Shown piece by piece: positions 37,577-46,640 of a stretch of DNA of 64,000 nucleotides (positions are counted from its first letter, which is position 1; every line of letters begins with the position of its first letter). Both the position numbers and the translations under genes were made by a program. This DNA comes from Nitriliruptoraceae bacterium (GTDB lineage Bacteria; Actinomycetota; Nitriliruptoria; Nitriliruptorales; Nitriliruptoraceae): assembly GCA_020832455.1 (NCBI GenBank), contig JAFIEQ010000003.1, forward strand, positions 1,393-65,392, in the 5' to 3' direction. The notes under the pieces were generated by a model, which was not told the origin of the DNA, made no database searches, and saw nothing but the letters and a program-made list of their open reading frames with translations.

Positions 37577-37975
37577 TCAGGCGTCGCTGTGAGGCTCGTC
37601 ACCACGGGCCAGGGCGCGTGCGCCTGCGATCGCCACGAGGCCGCCGACGAGGCCGACGTTCTTCAGGACCTGGATCCGGTTCACCTTGCGCTGCATCGGA
37701 TCGTCCATCTTCCAGTACGCGTGCCCCGCCACGGTCGTGGGGACCATCGACGCCACGAGACCGGCGGCGGCCGTGCGCGGCCAGATGCCCAACGCCAGCG
37801 CCACGCCACCCAGGGTCATGGCGGCGCCGTTCACCCGCACGGCGAGCTCGGGCTGAGGGACGCCGAGGTCCGCCGCGAGCTGGACCCGGGGGCCGGGTTC
37901 CGCCGCGGCCTCGTAGCCGAGGACGACGAACGGGGCGGCGAGCAGCGCTCGACCGACGGTGCTGATCAGGGACAC
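37577..37975 (-). CDS. DoxX-family membrane protein
   Basis: 132 aa with four hydrophobic segments; ..RALLAAPFVVLGYEA.. and ..NVGLVGGLVAIA.. are typical DoxX patterns. Confidence 0.8.
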   Translation of the reverse strand: MSLISTVGRALLAAPFVVLGYEAAAEPGPRVQLAADLGVPQPELAVRVNGAAMTLGGVALALGIWPRTAAAGLVASMVPTTVAGHAYWKMDDPMQRKVNRIQVLKNVGLVGGLVAIAGARALARGDEPHSDA

Positions 37976-38172
37976 GGCGGACTCCTCGGGGCAGGGATCG
38001 GGTGGGGCGCGGGGTGCGTGACCGCGACCGCAACGTGCGGTCCACGGCCGGCGGGTGGACGGCCATCCAACCAGCGGATCCCTCGGAACGGCGGGGCGAA
38101 GCGTGCCCGCCTCGGGCGGCCCGCGCGAGCGTCATCGCTCGAACCGGCGGCTCAGGACCGGAGATCGTCGTC

Positions 38173-38201
38173 TTGACAACCATCCTCATCGCACGCACCA
38201 T
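38173..38201 (+). promoter_or_regulatory. Candidate sigma-70-type promoter for the amidohydrolase gene
   Basis: A perfect TTGACA (38173..38178), a 17-nt spacer, then cACCAT (38196..38201), about 140 nt upstream of the ATG at 38341, in a locally AT-richer patch. Confidence 0.3.
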
Positions 38202-38340
38202 AGCGACCTGTCCGCTAGGCGGATAGCTGTCCGACGCGGTGGGAGCGCGCGCGGATCGCGGCCGGCAACGTGCGGTCGCGGTGTCGTCGGCCTCGACCTG
38301 GACGTCGGTCCGAGGAGACCCCACGACCGGGAGCACTGGC

Positions 38341-39813
38341 ATGGCTGACGCCACATCGACCGACATGACCACCGACCGACCCAAGGTCTTCCGTAACGGC
38401 CTCGTGCTGACGATGGACGCGTCCAACACCGTCATCGAAGGGGGCGACGTGCTCGTCGTCGGCAACCGCATCGAGGCCGTGGGGACCGACCTCGAGGTGC
38501 CCGAGGGCACCGTGGAGATCGACGCCGCCGGCGGCATCGTGATGCCGGGGATGATCGACACCCACCGGCACATGTGGCAGACCGCGATGCGTGGGTACGG
38601 CGCCGACTGGACCCTCACCCAGTACTTCGTCTTCTACTACCTCAACTACGGCAAGGTCTTCCGGCCGCAGGACATCGCCGCCGGCAACCGCCTCGCCGCG
38701 ATCGAGGCGATCGACGCCGGCGTGACCACGGTCGTCGACTGGTCGCACGGCCTGCAGACCGTCGACCACGCCGAGGCAGCCGCCGACGCCCTGAGCTCGG
38801 TGCCCGGCCGCTACGTGCTGGCCTACGGCAACATCCAGGCGGGTCCGTGGGAGTGGGCCCCGAGCCCGGAGGTCGGCGCGTTCCTCGAGCGCAACCGCGG
38901 CACCAAGGAGGACCTGCTGCAGGTGCAGCTCGCCTTCGACGTCACCGGCGACCCGGAGTTCCCCGAGAAGGCCGCGTTCGAGGCCGCCCGTGAGCTCGGC
39001 ATGCGGGTGACCACCCACGCTGGCGTGTGGGGCGCCACCAACGACAGGTCGATCTCGCTGATGGCCGAACACGGCTTCATGACCCCCGACGTCACCTACG
39101 TGCACGCCACCACGCTCTCGCCCGATTCGTACCACATGATCGCGGCCTCGGGTGCCTGGGCATCGGTCTCGACCGAGTCCGAGCAGAGCGCCGGGCAGGG
39201 CTACCCCTCGACCTGGCAGCTGCGCAAGTACGGCATCCCGATCTCCCTGTCGATGGACACCAGTGTCTGGTGGAGCGGTGACATGTTCAGCGCGATGCGC
39301 TCGACGCTCAGCGCGGACCGCTCCCGCGACCACCTCGAGCACCAGAAGGACGGCGACACGGTCGTGTTCAACGCGTTGCGTGCCGAGGACGTGGTGCAGT
39401 ACTGCACCTCCGACGGCGCCAAGGCGCTCGACCTCGACGCGGTCACCGGATCGCTCGAGCCCGGCAAGCGGGCGGACGTCGTGCTCATCAAGAACGACGC
39501 ATCGCCGGTGATGTACCCGATCCTCCACCCCTACGGCAGCGTCGTCTACCAGGCACAGCGCGGCGACGTCCACACGGTCATGGTCGACGGCCACGTCGCC
39601 AAGTACGACGGCTCGCTCGTCGACGTGGACCTGCAGCGGGCCAAGGACGAGGTCGGCCAGACACTGGACTTCCTGCGTGCCGAGATGGGCGAGGACGAGT
39701 GGACGGCCGGCATGTCGCCCGACCTGCCCGAGCAGCAGCTGTTCGACAACCCCTACCAGTACACCGACTTCGACGGCGGCCGCGGCGCCGTCGGCGTCAT
39801 CCCACCCAAGTGA
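38341..39813 (+). CDS. Metal-dependent amidohydrolase (TrzA/AtzA / aminohydrolase SsnA-like family)
   Basis: GIVMPGMIDTHRHMWQT (HxH metal motif), ..VTTHAG.., ..TYVHAT.., ..SLSMDTS.. and C-terminal ..GKRADVVLI.. blocks. Confidence 0.85.
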   Translation: MADATSTDMTTDRPKVFRNGLVLTMDASNTVIEGGDVLVVGNRIEAVGTDLEVPEGTVEIDAAGGIVMPGMIDTHRHMWQTAMRGYGADWTLTQYFVFYYLNYGKVFRPQDIAAGNRLAAIEAIDAGVTTVVDWSHGLQTVDHAEAAADALSSVPGRYVLAYGNIQAGPWEWAPSPEVGAFLERNRGTKEDLLQVQLAFDVTGDPEFPEKAAFEAARELGMRVTTHAGVWGATNDRSISLMAEHGFMTPDVTYVHATTLSPDSYHMIAASGAWASVSTESEQSAGQGYPSTWQLRKYGIPISLSMDTSVWWSGDMFSAMRSTLSADRSRDHLEHQKDGDTVVFNALRAEDVVQYCTSDGAKALDLDAVTGSLEPGKRADVVLIKNDASPVMYPILHPYGSVVYQAQRGDVHTVMVDGHVAKYDGSLVDVDLQRAKDEVGQTLDFLRAEMGEDEWTAGMSPDLPEQQLFDNPYQYTDFDGGRGAVGVIPPK

Positions 39814-39818
39814 GGGGT

Positions 39819-39899
39819 CGCGGGGGGGGGGCGCAGGCCGGCCCCCCCCCCCCCCCGGGGGGGGGGGGGGGGGCGCCCCCCCCGCCCCCCCCCCCCCGC
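39819..39899. repeat. GC-only homopolymer tract 3 (81 nt with a single A)
   Basis: G10 (39822..39831), C15 (39842..39856) directly abutting G17 (39857..39873), C8 (39876..39883) and C13 (39885..39897). It lies between two convergent stop codons. Confidence 0.9.
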
Positions 39900-39917
39900 A
39901 CCCGGGTGAGCTCGGGC

Positions 39918-40349
39918 TCAGCCCGCCTGCAGCGTCGCGTCGAGCTCGATGGTCGCACCGGCGAACAGCTTCGACACCGGACACCCCTCCTTCGCGGCCT
40001 GCGCGTGCCCGAGGAACGTCGCCTCGTCCATCCCGGGGACGATCCCGACCGTGGTCAGCACGACCGTGGTGATGGTCGGGGCACCGTCGACCATGTCCAG
40101 GGTCACCGCCGCGTTGGTGCGGACCGAGGTCGCGGGGGTCCCGCCCTGGGCGAGCATGTTGGACAGCGCCATGGAGTAACACGCGGCGTGGGCGGCCGCG
40201 AGCAACTCCTCGGGGTTGGTCTCCGTCCCATCCTCGAAACGGGAGACGAAGGTGTAGGGCCCGGAGAACAGCCCACTGCCCAGGCTGAGCTCGCCGCCAC
40301 CACCCTTCAGGTCGCCCTGCCACTGTGCGGAGGAGGTCCTGGTCGGCAC
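39918..40349 (-). CDS. osmC: OsmC-family peroxiredoxin
   Basis: ..AQWQGDLKGGGGELS..NPEELLAAAHAACYSMAL..AKEGCPVSKL.. carries the two conserved Cys. GTG start with GAAGGGA upstream. Confidence 0.85.
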   Translation of the reverse strand: MPTRTSSAQWQGDLKGGGGELSLGSGLFSGPYTFVSRFEDGTETNPEELLAAAHAACYSMALSNMLAQGGTPATSVRTNAAVTLDMVDGAPTITTVVLTTVGIVPGMDEATFLGHAQAAKEGCPVSKLFAGATIELDATLQAG

Positions 40350-40497
40350 GTTGGTCCCTTCGGTCGCGACGGGCGAACGGGTCGGGCCCCGTCGTCGGGA
40401 CCACGGTGGACGCCGATGCCCGTCCTCGCGGCGTCCTGCGGCCAGGCTAGTGAGCCCCATCCCGTGACCGCGACGGCCACGGGACCATCCGGACCGC

Positions 40498-42015
40498 TCA
40501 CCCCGGCTCGCCCACGGGGAGGTCGACCACGAAGCAGGCACCACCGGTCGCGGCGTCCTCGATCGCGACCGTCCCCCCGTGGAGGCGGACGAACTCGGCC
40601 ACCAACGTCAACCCGATGCCGGTCCCCGGCGAGGGCGCGTCGGCGGCCCCAGGCCCCTGCCGGAAGGGCTCGAACATCGTCGCGCGCAGGTGCTCCTCGA
40701 TGCCGGGTCCGTCGTCCTCCACCACGATCCGAACGCGGTCCGCGGTCGACGCGACCCGCACCACGACCGCGGCACCCGCCCCGGCGTGGCGGTAGGCGTT
40801 CGCGAGCAGGTTGACCACCACGCGCTCGACCTTCACGCGATCGATCCAGGCGACCGCCTCGACCAGCTCGAGCGCCGCGGTGGGCGCGTGCTCCGACGCG
40901 ATCCGATCCACGAGGGCTGCGACATCGACCCGGGTCCGGGTCAACGTGGTGACCCCGCGCCCGGCCCGCTCGATGTCGAGCAGGTCATCGAGCAGCCCAC
41001 GCAGTCGATCGGCCTGCCGGGCCAGCCGGGCGCTCAGATCCCGGACCTGCGCGGGCTCCAGGTCGTCGAGCCGGCTCGCGAGGGTCAGCGCGAAACCGTG
41101 GACCGCGGTCAGCGGCGTGCGCAGCTCGTGGGACACGGCCTGCAGGAACAACCGACGCAGCTCGTCGACCCGGCGCAACTGCCGCGTCGCCTCCCGCTCG
41201 CGGTGCAGCGCCTCCCGTTCGCGGTCCAGTGCCGCGCGCTCCCGGTCGAGGGCCTGCTCCAGGGTCTGCTTGGCCCGGCGTTCCTCGGTCACGTCCCGGC
41301 AGATCCCCAGGGCCGCCTTCAGCCGGCCCTCCGCGTCGTGGATCGGGACCTCGGTGACGGAGATCGTCCGCACCGTGCCGTCCTTGCGCGTCCAGTCCCA
41401 CTCGAGCGGCCAGTCCGGGTCCGCGCCGAGCCGGTTCTGCGCGAACCGCTCGACGATGTCCGCTGGGACGTTGGTCCACAGCGGGGAGGGGTGCGCGAGC
41501 AGCTCCTCGGCGGAGAACCCCATGATGGAGACGAAGGCGGGGTTCAGGTCCGCGAGGTGCATCCGTGGGACGAACCCGAAGCGGTACATGCCCACGTCCG
41601 ACGACGCCGAGAGCGCGCGGGTGCTGGCCGCGAGCTCGGCGAGCTCCTGCTCGACGGCGATCCGGTCGCGGATGTCACGCCCCATCAGGACCAGCCCGCG
41701 GCGCGCACCGTCGACCATCAGCGGCGCCGCGCTGAAGCCGACTTGCACGCGGCCGGCGGGGGTCACGACGTCCATCTGCAGGTGGGCGCGGGAGGCGACC
41801 GCCACCTCGAGGAGCCGGCGCTGGGCCGCGGCGCGCTCCTCCTCGGCGATCAGCTCGAGCGCGTCGGATCCCACCAGCTCCGCCCCCGGACGTTGCAGCA
41901 ACGTCTCGGCGGCCGGGTTCGCCTGCTGGATCAGCCCGCCCTCGTCGAGCACGAGGACCGCGAGCGGACCACAGGTGACCACGGCCTCGGCCACCGACTG
42001 CGGATCCTCCGCCAC
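40498..42015 (-). CDS. Soluble sensor histidine kinase with two PAS domains
   Basis: No TM segments. PAS-like LAVLVLDEGGLIQQANPAAETLL and ..WDWTRKDGTVRTISVTEVPI.., the H-box SHELRTPLTAVHGF, and a HATPase_c end GTGIGLTLVAEFVRLHGG. GGGAGG precedes the GTG at 42015. Confidence 0.85.
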   Translation of the reverse strand: MAEDPQSVAEAVVTCGPLAVLVLDEGGLIQQANPAAETLLQRPGAELVGSDALELIAEEERAAAQRRLLEVAVASRAHLQMDVVTPAGRVQVGFSAAPLMVDGARRGLVLMGRDIRDRIAVEQELAELAASTRALSASSDVGMYRFGFVPRMHLADLNPAFVSIMGFSAEELLAHPSPLWTNVPADIVERFAQNRLGADPDWPLEWDWTRKDGTVRTISVTEVPIHDAEGRLKAALGICRDVTEERRAKQTLEQALDRERAALDREREALHREREATRQLRRVDELRRLFLQAVSHELRTPLTAVHGFALTLASRLDDLEPAQVRDLSARLARQADRLRGLLDDLLDIERAGRGVTTLTRTRVDVAALVDRIASEHAPTAALELVEAVAWIDRVKVERVVVNLLANAYRHAGAGAAVVVRVASTADRVRIVVEDDGPGIEEHLRATMFEPFRQGPGAADAPSPGTGIGLTLVAEFVRLHGGTVAIEDAATGGACFVVDLPVGEPG

Positions 42016-42074
42016 CGTGACCTCCCGGTCGCACCGACAGGGAGCTGCCCGCGGCGCCGAGCAGAGCCTAACGT

Positions 42075-42162
42075 CGCCGGCGGGCCCCCGCGGCGCCCCC
42101 CCCCCCCCCCCCCCCGCGCTCCGGCAGGATCAGCCCCCACCCCCCCCCCCCCCCGCCCCCGG
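42075..42162. repeat. GC-rich homopolymer tract 4 (C20 at 42096..42115 and C15 at 42140..42154)
   Basis: 42075..42119 and 42140..42162 contain no A or T. The octamer ggatcagc occurs at 42127..42134 and again at 42161..42168, where it covers the aceE stop codon. Confidence 0.9.
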
Positions 42163-42163
42163 A

Positions 42164-44917
42164 TCAGCGGGTCACGTCATCGGTCGAGCCACCCTGCCCG
42201 AAGAAGGGGATGCGCTCGAAGGCGAGCTCGTAGCGCTCGATCACCTTGGGCAGCACGTCCGCGTCGAGCGCCCCCTGCTTGACCAGCTCCGCGAGCACGC
42301 AGTAGGTGATCGACGCCGCGTCCACCCGGTGGTAGCGGCGCAGCGCCTCACGCGTGTCCGAGCGACCGAAGCCGTCGGTCCCGAGGACGGCGAACGGTCC
42401 CGGCACCCAGTCGGCGATCTGGAAGGGCGTGGCCCGCATCCAGTCGCTGACCGCCACGTAGGGACCCTCGGTGCCCTCGAGGATGCGGGTGACCAACGGG
42501 ACCCGGGGATCGCCGTCGGGGTTGGTGCGGTTCCAGGCCTCGGTCGCGACGCCGTCCCGCAGCAGCCGGTTCCAGCCGGGAGCCGACCACACGTCCGCCG
42601 CGACGTCCCAGTCCTCGGCCAACAGCTGCTGGGCACGCAGCGCTTCGTTCATGATCGTCCCGGAGGACAGGATGTTCGCGCGGTGCTGGCCCTGCTCGCC
42701 CTCACGGAACCGGTAGAGGCCGTCGATGACCTGCTGATCGTCGACGTGCTCCGGCATCGCCGGCTGCACGGCCGGCTCGTTGTAGACGGTGAGGTAGAAG
42801 ATGACGTCCTCGCCGCCCTCGACGGTCTCGTCGGAGTACATGCGCTTGAGGCCGTGCTCGACCAGGACCGCGAGCTCGTAGGCGAACGACGGGTCGTAGG
42901 CCTCGACACCCGGGTTGGACTGCGCCATCAGCAGCGAGTGTCGGTCCTGGTGCTGCAACCCCTCACCGTTGAGCGTGGTGCCCCCGGCGGTGGCGCCGAT
43001 CAGGAAGCCACGCGAGCGCTGGTCGGCGGCCGACCAGATCGAGTCGGCGGTGCGCTGGAACCCGAACATGGAGTAGAAGATGTACAGCGGGATCAACGGC
43101 TCGCCGTGGGTGGCGTAGCTCGTGCCGACGGCGTGGAACGACGCCATCGAACCGGCCTCGGTGATCCCCTCGTGGATGATCTGGCCGTCCTTGGCCTGCT
43201 TGTAGGACAGCAGCAGTTCCTGATCGACGGGCTCGTAGGTCTGTCCGAGGTGGTCGTAGATCTTCGCCGTCGGGAACCAGGAGTCCATCCCGAAGGTGCG
43301 CGCCTCGTCCGGGATGATCGGCACGATCCGCTTGCCGAACTCCTTGGTCCGGAGCAGGTCCTTGAACAGGCGCACGAGCGCCATGGTCGTGGCGACCTGC
43401 TGCTTGCCGGACCCCTCCTTGAGGCCACCGAACGCGTCGTGCTCGGGCAACGTCGGGACGGTGAACACCGTGCGGCGCTCCGGCACCGCCCCCCCGAGTG
43501 CCGATCGACGCTCCTTGAGGTACTCGATCTCCTCCGCGTCGTCACCCGGGTGGGAGTAGGGCGGCAGGTCGCCCTCCAGTGCCTCGTCGGAGACGTCGAG
43601 ACCCAGCCGGTCCCGGAAGGCCTTCAGCGAGTCCGACGACAGCTTCTTCATCTGGTGGACGGCGTTGCGCGCCTCGAAGTCGGGACCGAGCGTCCAACCC
43701 TTGACCGTCTGTGCCAGGATCACGGTCGGTGCACCGCTGGTCTGCATGGCCGCCTGGTAGGCGGCGTACACCTTGCGGTAGTCGTGACCGCCGCGCCGCA
43801 GGTGGGCGATGTCGTCGTCGGACCAGTCGTCGATCAGCTTCTTGAGCTTCGGGTTGGCGCCGAAGAAGCCCTCGCGGATGTGCTTGGGCCCGCGTGCGGG
43901 ATAGGTCTGCAGCTCGCCATCCGGCACCTCGTTCATCCGGGCGATCAGGGCGCCGTCGACGTCCTTGGCGAGCAGCGGATCCCACTCCCGGCCCCACAGC
44001 ACCTTGACGACGTTCCAGCCCGCACCGCGGAAGACGCCCTCGAGTTCCTGGACGATCTTGCCGTTTCCGCGCACCGGACCGTCGAGCTGCTGCAGGTTGC
44101 AGTTGATCACGAAGGTCAGGTTGTCGAGGCCCTCGCGGCTGGCCACGGCCAACGCCCCGAGCGTCTCGGGCTCCGCGGTCTCCCCGTCGCCACCGAAGAA
44201 CCACACGTGCTGGTCGGAGGTGTCGGAGAAGCCCCGGTTGTGCAGGTAGCGGTTGAAGCGCGCCTGGTAGATCGCGTGCAGCGGCCCGAGCCCCATGGAC
44301 ACGGTCGGGAACTCCCAGAACTCGGGCATCAGCCGCGGGTGCGGGTAGGAGGACAGGCCCCCCGGTTCCACCTCGGCGCGGAAGCGGTCGAGCTGCTGCT
44401 CGTCGAGCCGTCCCTCGAGGAACGCGCGGGCGTAGATCCCCGGCGAGGCGTGCCCCTGGAAGAAGACCTGGTCACCACCGCCCGGGTGGTCCTTGCCGCG
44501 GAAGAAGTGGTTGAACCCGACCTCGTACAGCGACGCGGCCGAGGCGTAGGTGCCGATGTGCCCGCCGGTGCCACGTTCCACGTTGGTGCGGTGCACCATG
44601 ACGGCCGCGTTCCAGCGGATGTGGTGGCGGATGCGGCGTTCGATGTCCTCGTCGCCGGGGAACGACGGCTCACGCTCCGGGGGGATCGTGTTGATGTAGT
44701 CCGTCGTGGTCAGCGACGGGATCCCGATGTTCTGCTGACGGGCGCGCTCGAGCACCTTGAGCAGCAGGAACCGACCCCGCGCCTTGCCGTGTTCCTCGAC
44801 GACGGCATCGAACGACTGGAGCCACTCGGTGGTCTCCACCTCGTCGATGTCGGGGTACTGCGCGGGGAACCCATCGGTGATGATGGGGTTGTCCACGAAC
44901 TGCTGCTGTTCACGCAT
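42164..44917 (-). CDS. aceE: Pyruvate dehydrogenase E1 component, homodimeric type
   Basis: Full-length AceE-type sequence (..[23 protein letters not shown].., ..GDGETAEPE.., ..[11 protein letters not shown].., ..[16 protein letters not shown]..). Start chosen at MREQQQ (44917); the ORF is open to 45019. Confidence 0.95.
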   Translation of the reverse strand: MREQQQFVDNPIITDGFPAQYPDIDEVETTEWLQSFDAVVEEHGKARGRFLLLKVLERARQQNIGIPSLTTTDYINTIPPEREPSFPGDEDIERRIRHHIRWNAAVMVHRTNVERGTGGHIGTYASAASLYEVGFNHFFRGKDHPGGGDQVFFQGHASPGIYARAFLEGRLDEQQLDRFRAEVEPGGLSSYPHPRLMPEFWEFPTVSMGLGPLHAIYQARFNRYLHNRGFSDTSDQHVWFFGGDGETAEPETLGALAVASREGLDNLTFVINCNLQQLDGPVRGNGKIVQELEGVFRGAGWNVVKVLWGREWDPLLAKDVDGALIARMNEVPDGELQTYPARGPKHIREGFFGANPKLKKLIDDWSDDDIAHLRRGGHDYRKVYAAYQAAMQTSGAPTVILAQTVKGWTLGPDFEARNAVHQMKKLSSDSLKAFRDRLGLDVSDEALEGDLPPYSHPGDDAEEIEYLKERRSALGGAVPERRTVFTVPTLPEHDAFGGLKEGSGKQQVATTMALVRLFKDLLRTKEFGKRIVPIIPDEARTFGMDSWFPTAKIYDHLGQTYEPVDQELLLSYKQAKDGQIIHEGITEAGSMASFHAVGTSYATHGEPLIPLYIFYSMFGFQRTADSIWSAADQRSRGFLIGATAGGTTLNGEGLQHQDRHSLLMAQSNPGVEAYDPSFAYELAVLVEHGLKRMYSDETVEGGEDVIFYLTVYNEPAVQPAMPEHVDDQQVIDGLYRFREGEQGQHRANILSSGTIMNEALRAQQLLAEDWDVAADVWSAPGWNRLLRDGVATEAWNRTNPDGDPRVPLVTRILEGTEGPYVAVSDWMRATPFQIADWVPGPFAVLGTDGFGRSDTREALRRYHRVDAASITYCVLAELVKQGALDADVLPKVIERYELAFERIPFFGQGGSTDDVTR

Positions 44918-45103
44918 CTCGGCCACGACGGCTCCTCGAGCAACGAAGATCTCGACGGTTCTGGACCGCATCGTCACGGGTCGGGCGGGACCCGACGGGT
45001 GGGCCGTTGGGGCTGTCACGGCGCGCGGACGACCGATCGACGTGCGCTCACGGTAACCGCTCGAACCTCGGGACGTGTCGGCGGCCGGCGGTACCGTCGT
45101 CCC

Positions 45104-45544
45104 ATGCGTGCACCCAGCCCCGCCTCCCCATCCGCGTCACGACGTTGGGTGGCGGGTGCTGCGTTCATCACGATGTGGTCGGTGCTGGCCGCGGGCTGTG
45201 CGCAACTGCCCAGCGACCTCGACGAGTTGCGCCGCTCCGCGGAGGAGGGGGTCGACCGCCTCCAGGAGGTGACCGACGGGCGTCCGGGCTCGGACCAGGC
45301 GGGCGACACGGAGGGGTTCTGTCTGGTGCTGACCCGCACCGTGACCGCGATCGAGTCCGGCGCACGAACCACCGCCAGGGAGGCCGCGGAGGAGCTGCTC
45401 GCCCGTGCGCCCGAGGCGATCGAGGACGACGCGACCCGGCTGGTCGAGGAGTTGCGGGCCCGGGACACCGGCGAGGTGGCCGACGACGACGTCCGCGACG
45501 CCGCCGAGCGGCTGCGCGACGCGGCCGACGAGGTCTGCGGCTGA
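45104..45544 (+). CDS. Small helical lipoprotein, function unknown
   Basis: Signal peptide with lipobox ([11 protein letters not shown]), then an Ala/Glu/Asp/Arg-rich helical sequence. Confidence 0.6.
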   Translation: MRAPSPASPSASRRWVAGAAFITMWSVLAAGCAQLPSDLDELRRSAEEGVDRLQEVTDGRPGSDQAGDTEGFCLVLTRTVTAIESGARTTAREAAEELLARAPEAIEDDATRLVEELRARDTGEVADDDVRDAAERLRDAADEVCG

Positions 45545-46128
45545 TGACGCCACCACTGGTGACCCGTGCCGGGGCGGACCGGCTGCGCCGCGCCCTGGCC
45601 GACGCACCCTCGACCGCCGATCCCGCTGGCGGGACCGGCACGATCGGGACCGACCCGCCACCGCTGCCTGCGGGGCACCACCACGCCGTGCGCATCCGGA
45701 CCCTCGGGGACCGCGCCGGGCTGCTGGAGCGGGCCACCTCGGTGCTGTGCGGCTACGAGATGCACCGTCGGGCCGGGTTCCGGGTGGATGCGGACCACCC
45801 GTTCGCGCGCGCGGGCGACGTCGTCGTCGCGACCGCGCCGGCGCTCGGCCCCCTCGGGGTCGCGGTGCCCTGCCGCGTCACCCAGGTCGTCACCACCGGG
45901 GACCGGCGCGGCATGACGCTCGCGACCCTGCCCGGGCACCCGGTGGCGGGCGAGGAACGCTTCGAGCTGCGCCGGGGGGCCGACGGGATCGTGCGCGTCG
46001 TCATCACCGCCTACTCCCGTCCCGCCACCTCCCTGATCGCGCGCACCGCGCCGGCGATGCGCCTCGGCCAGCAGGTGGTCACCCGCGCCTTCCTCGCGGC
46101 CCTGCGTCGCGGCGTGGCCCGCAGCTGA
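45544..46128 (+). CDS. DUF1990-family protein
   Basis: ..LCGYEMHRRAGFRV.. and ..LPGHPVAGEERFEL.. resemble the conserved DUF1990 blocks. The start overlaps the previous stop (TGATG). Confidence 0.65.
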   Translation: MTPPLVTRAGADRLRRALADAPSTADPAGGTGTIGTDPPPLPAGHHHAVRIRTLGDRAGLLERATSVLCGYEMHRRAGFRVDADHPFARAGDVVVATAPALGPLGVAVPCRVTQVVTTGDRRGMTLATLPGHPVAGEERFELRRGADGIVRVVITAYSRPATSLIARTAPAMRLGQQVVTRAFLAALRRGVARS

Positions 46129-46166
46129 CGGGCACTACCCTTGAGGCCCGAGACGCAAGGACCGCC

Positions 46167-46640
46167 GTGCCACGCAGAACCGCCAAACTCGCCACCCCGG
46201 AACAGAAGCTGCGGGACCTCGCCAAGGACTTCCGCACGCTCGAACGCGAGGACCCGAGCCCCGACCGCGCTCAGCGGCTCGCCGACCTCACCCGCACGGC
46301 CGGCGACGCCCGCCAGGTGAACCTCGCCATGCAGGCGGCGACCCGCTGCCTCGAGGACGACCCGGCCCCGCCGACGATGCTGCTCGCCGCCTACACGGAG
46401 GCCGACGAGGACCTGGAATCCCGGCTCGACGCGCTCGCGGACCTGGTCGATCTCGCCCGCTACATCGAGCAGCCCGAGCTCGGGACCCGGGCCCAGGAGC
46501 ACCTCGAGGCCACCGCCCGCGCCTGGGTCGCCAGCGGCGACGAGGGTGAGCGTCGCTACCGGCTGCGGACCGTGCAGTCCGTGGTATCGCGCGAGTTCGC
46601 CGACACGGTGCGCGACGAGCTCCGCGACACGCCTGCATGA
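46167..46640 (+). CDS. Hypothetical helical protein
   Basis: GTG start with AAGGA 5 nt upstream, coding-like composition, and an ATGA overlap with the downstream dehydratase gene. Confidence 0.55.
   Translation: MPRRTAKLATPEQKLRDLAKDFRTLEREDPSPDRAQRLADLTRTAGDARQVNLAMQAATRCLEDDPAPPTMLLAAYTEADEDLESRLDALADLVDLARYIEQPELGTRAQEHLEATARAWVASGDEGERRYRLRTVQSVVSREFADTVRDELRDTPA

Noticed and set aside
39842-39873. C15-G17, considered as a genuine bidirectional intrinsic terminator between convergent genes.
   Set aside because: The same kind of tract occurs inside two coding regions, where a terminator makes no sense, and this one also carries a degraded flank duplication. It is kept only as an alternative, should re-sequencing confirm the tract.
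40811-45544. A 1,577-aa plus-strand ORF, the longest in the track.
   Set aside because: It runs antisense to the PAS kinase and aceE, both of which carry unmistakable conserved motifs. Its translation is Arg/Pro/Gly/Ala-rich low-complexity sequence typical of shadow frames in high-GC DNA. Only its last 146 codons (45104..45544, a lipoprotein) look genuine.
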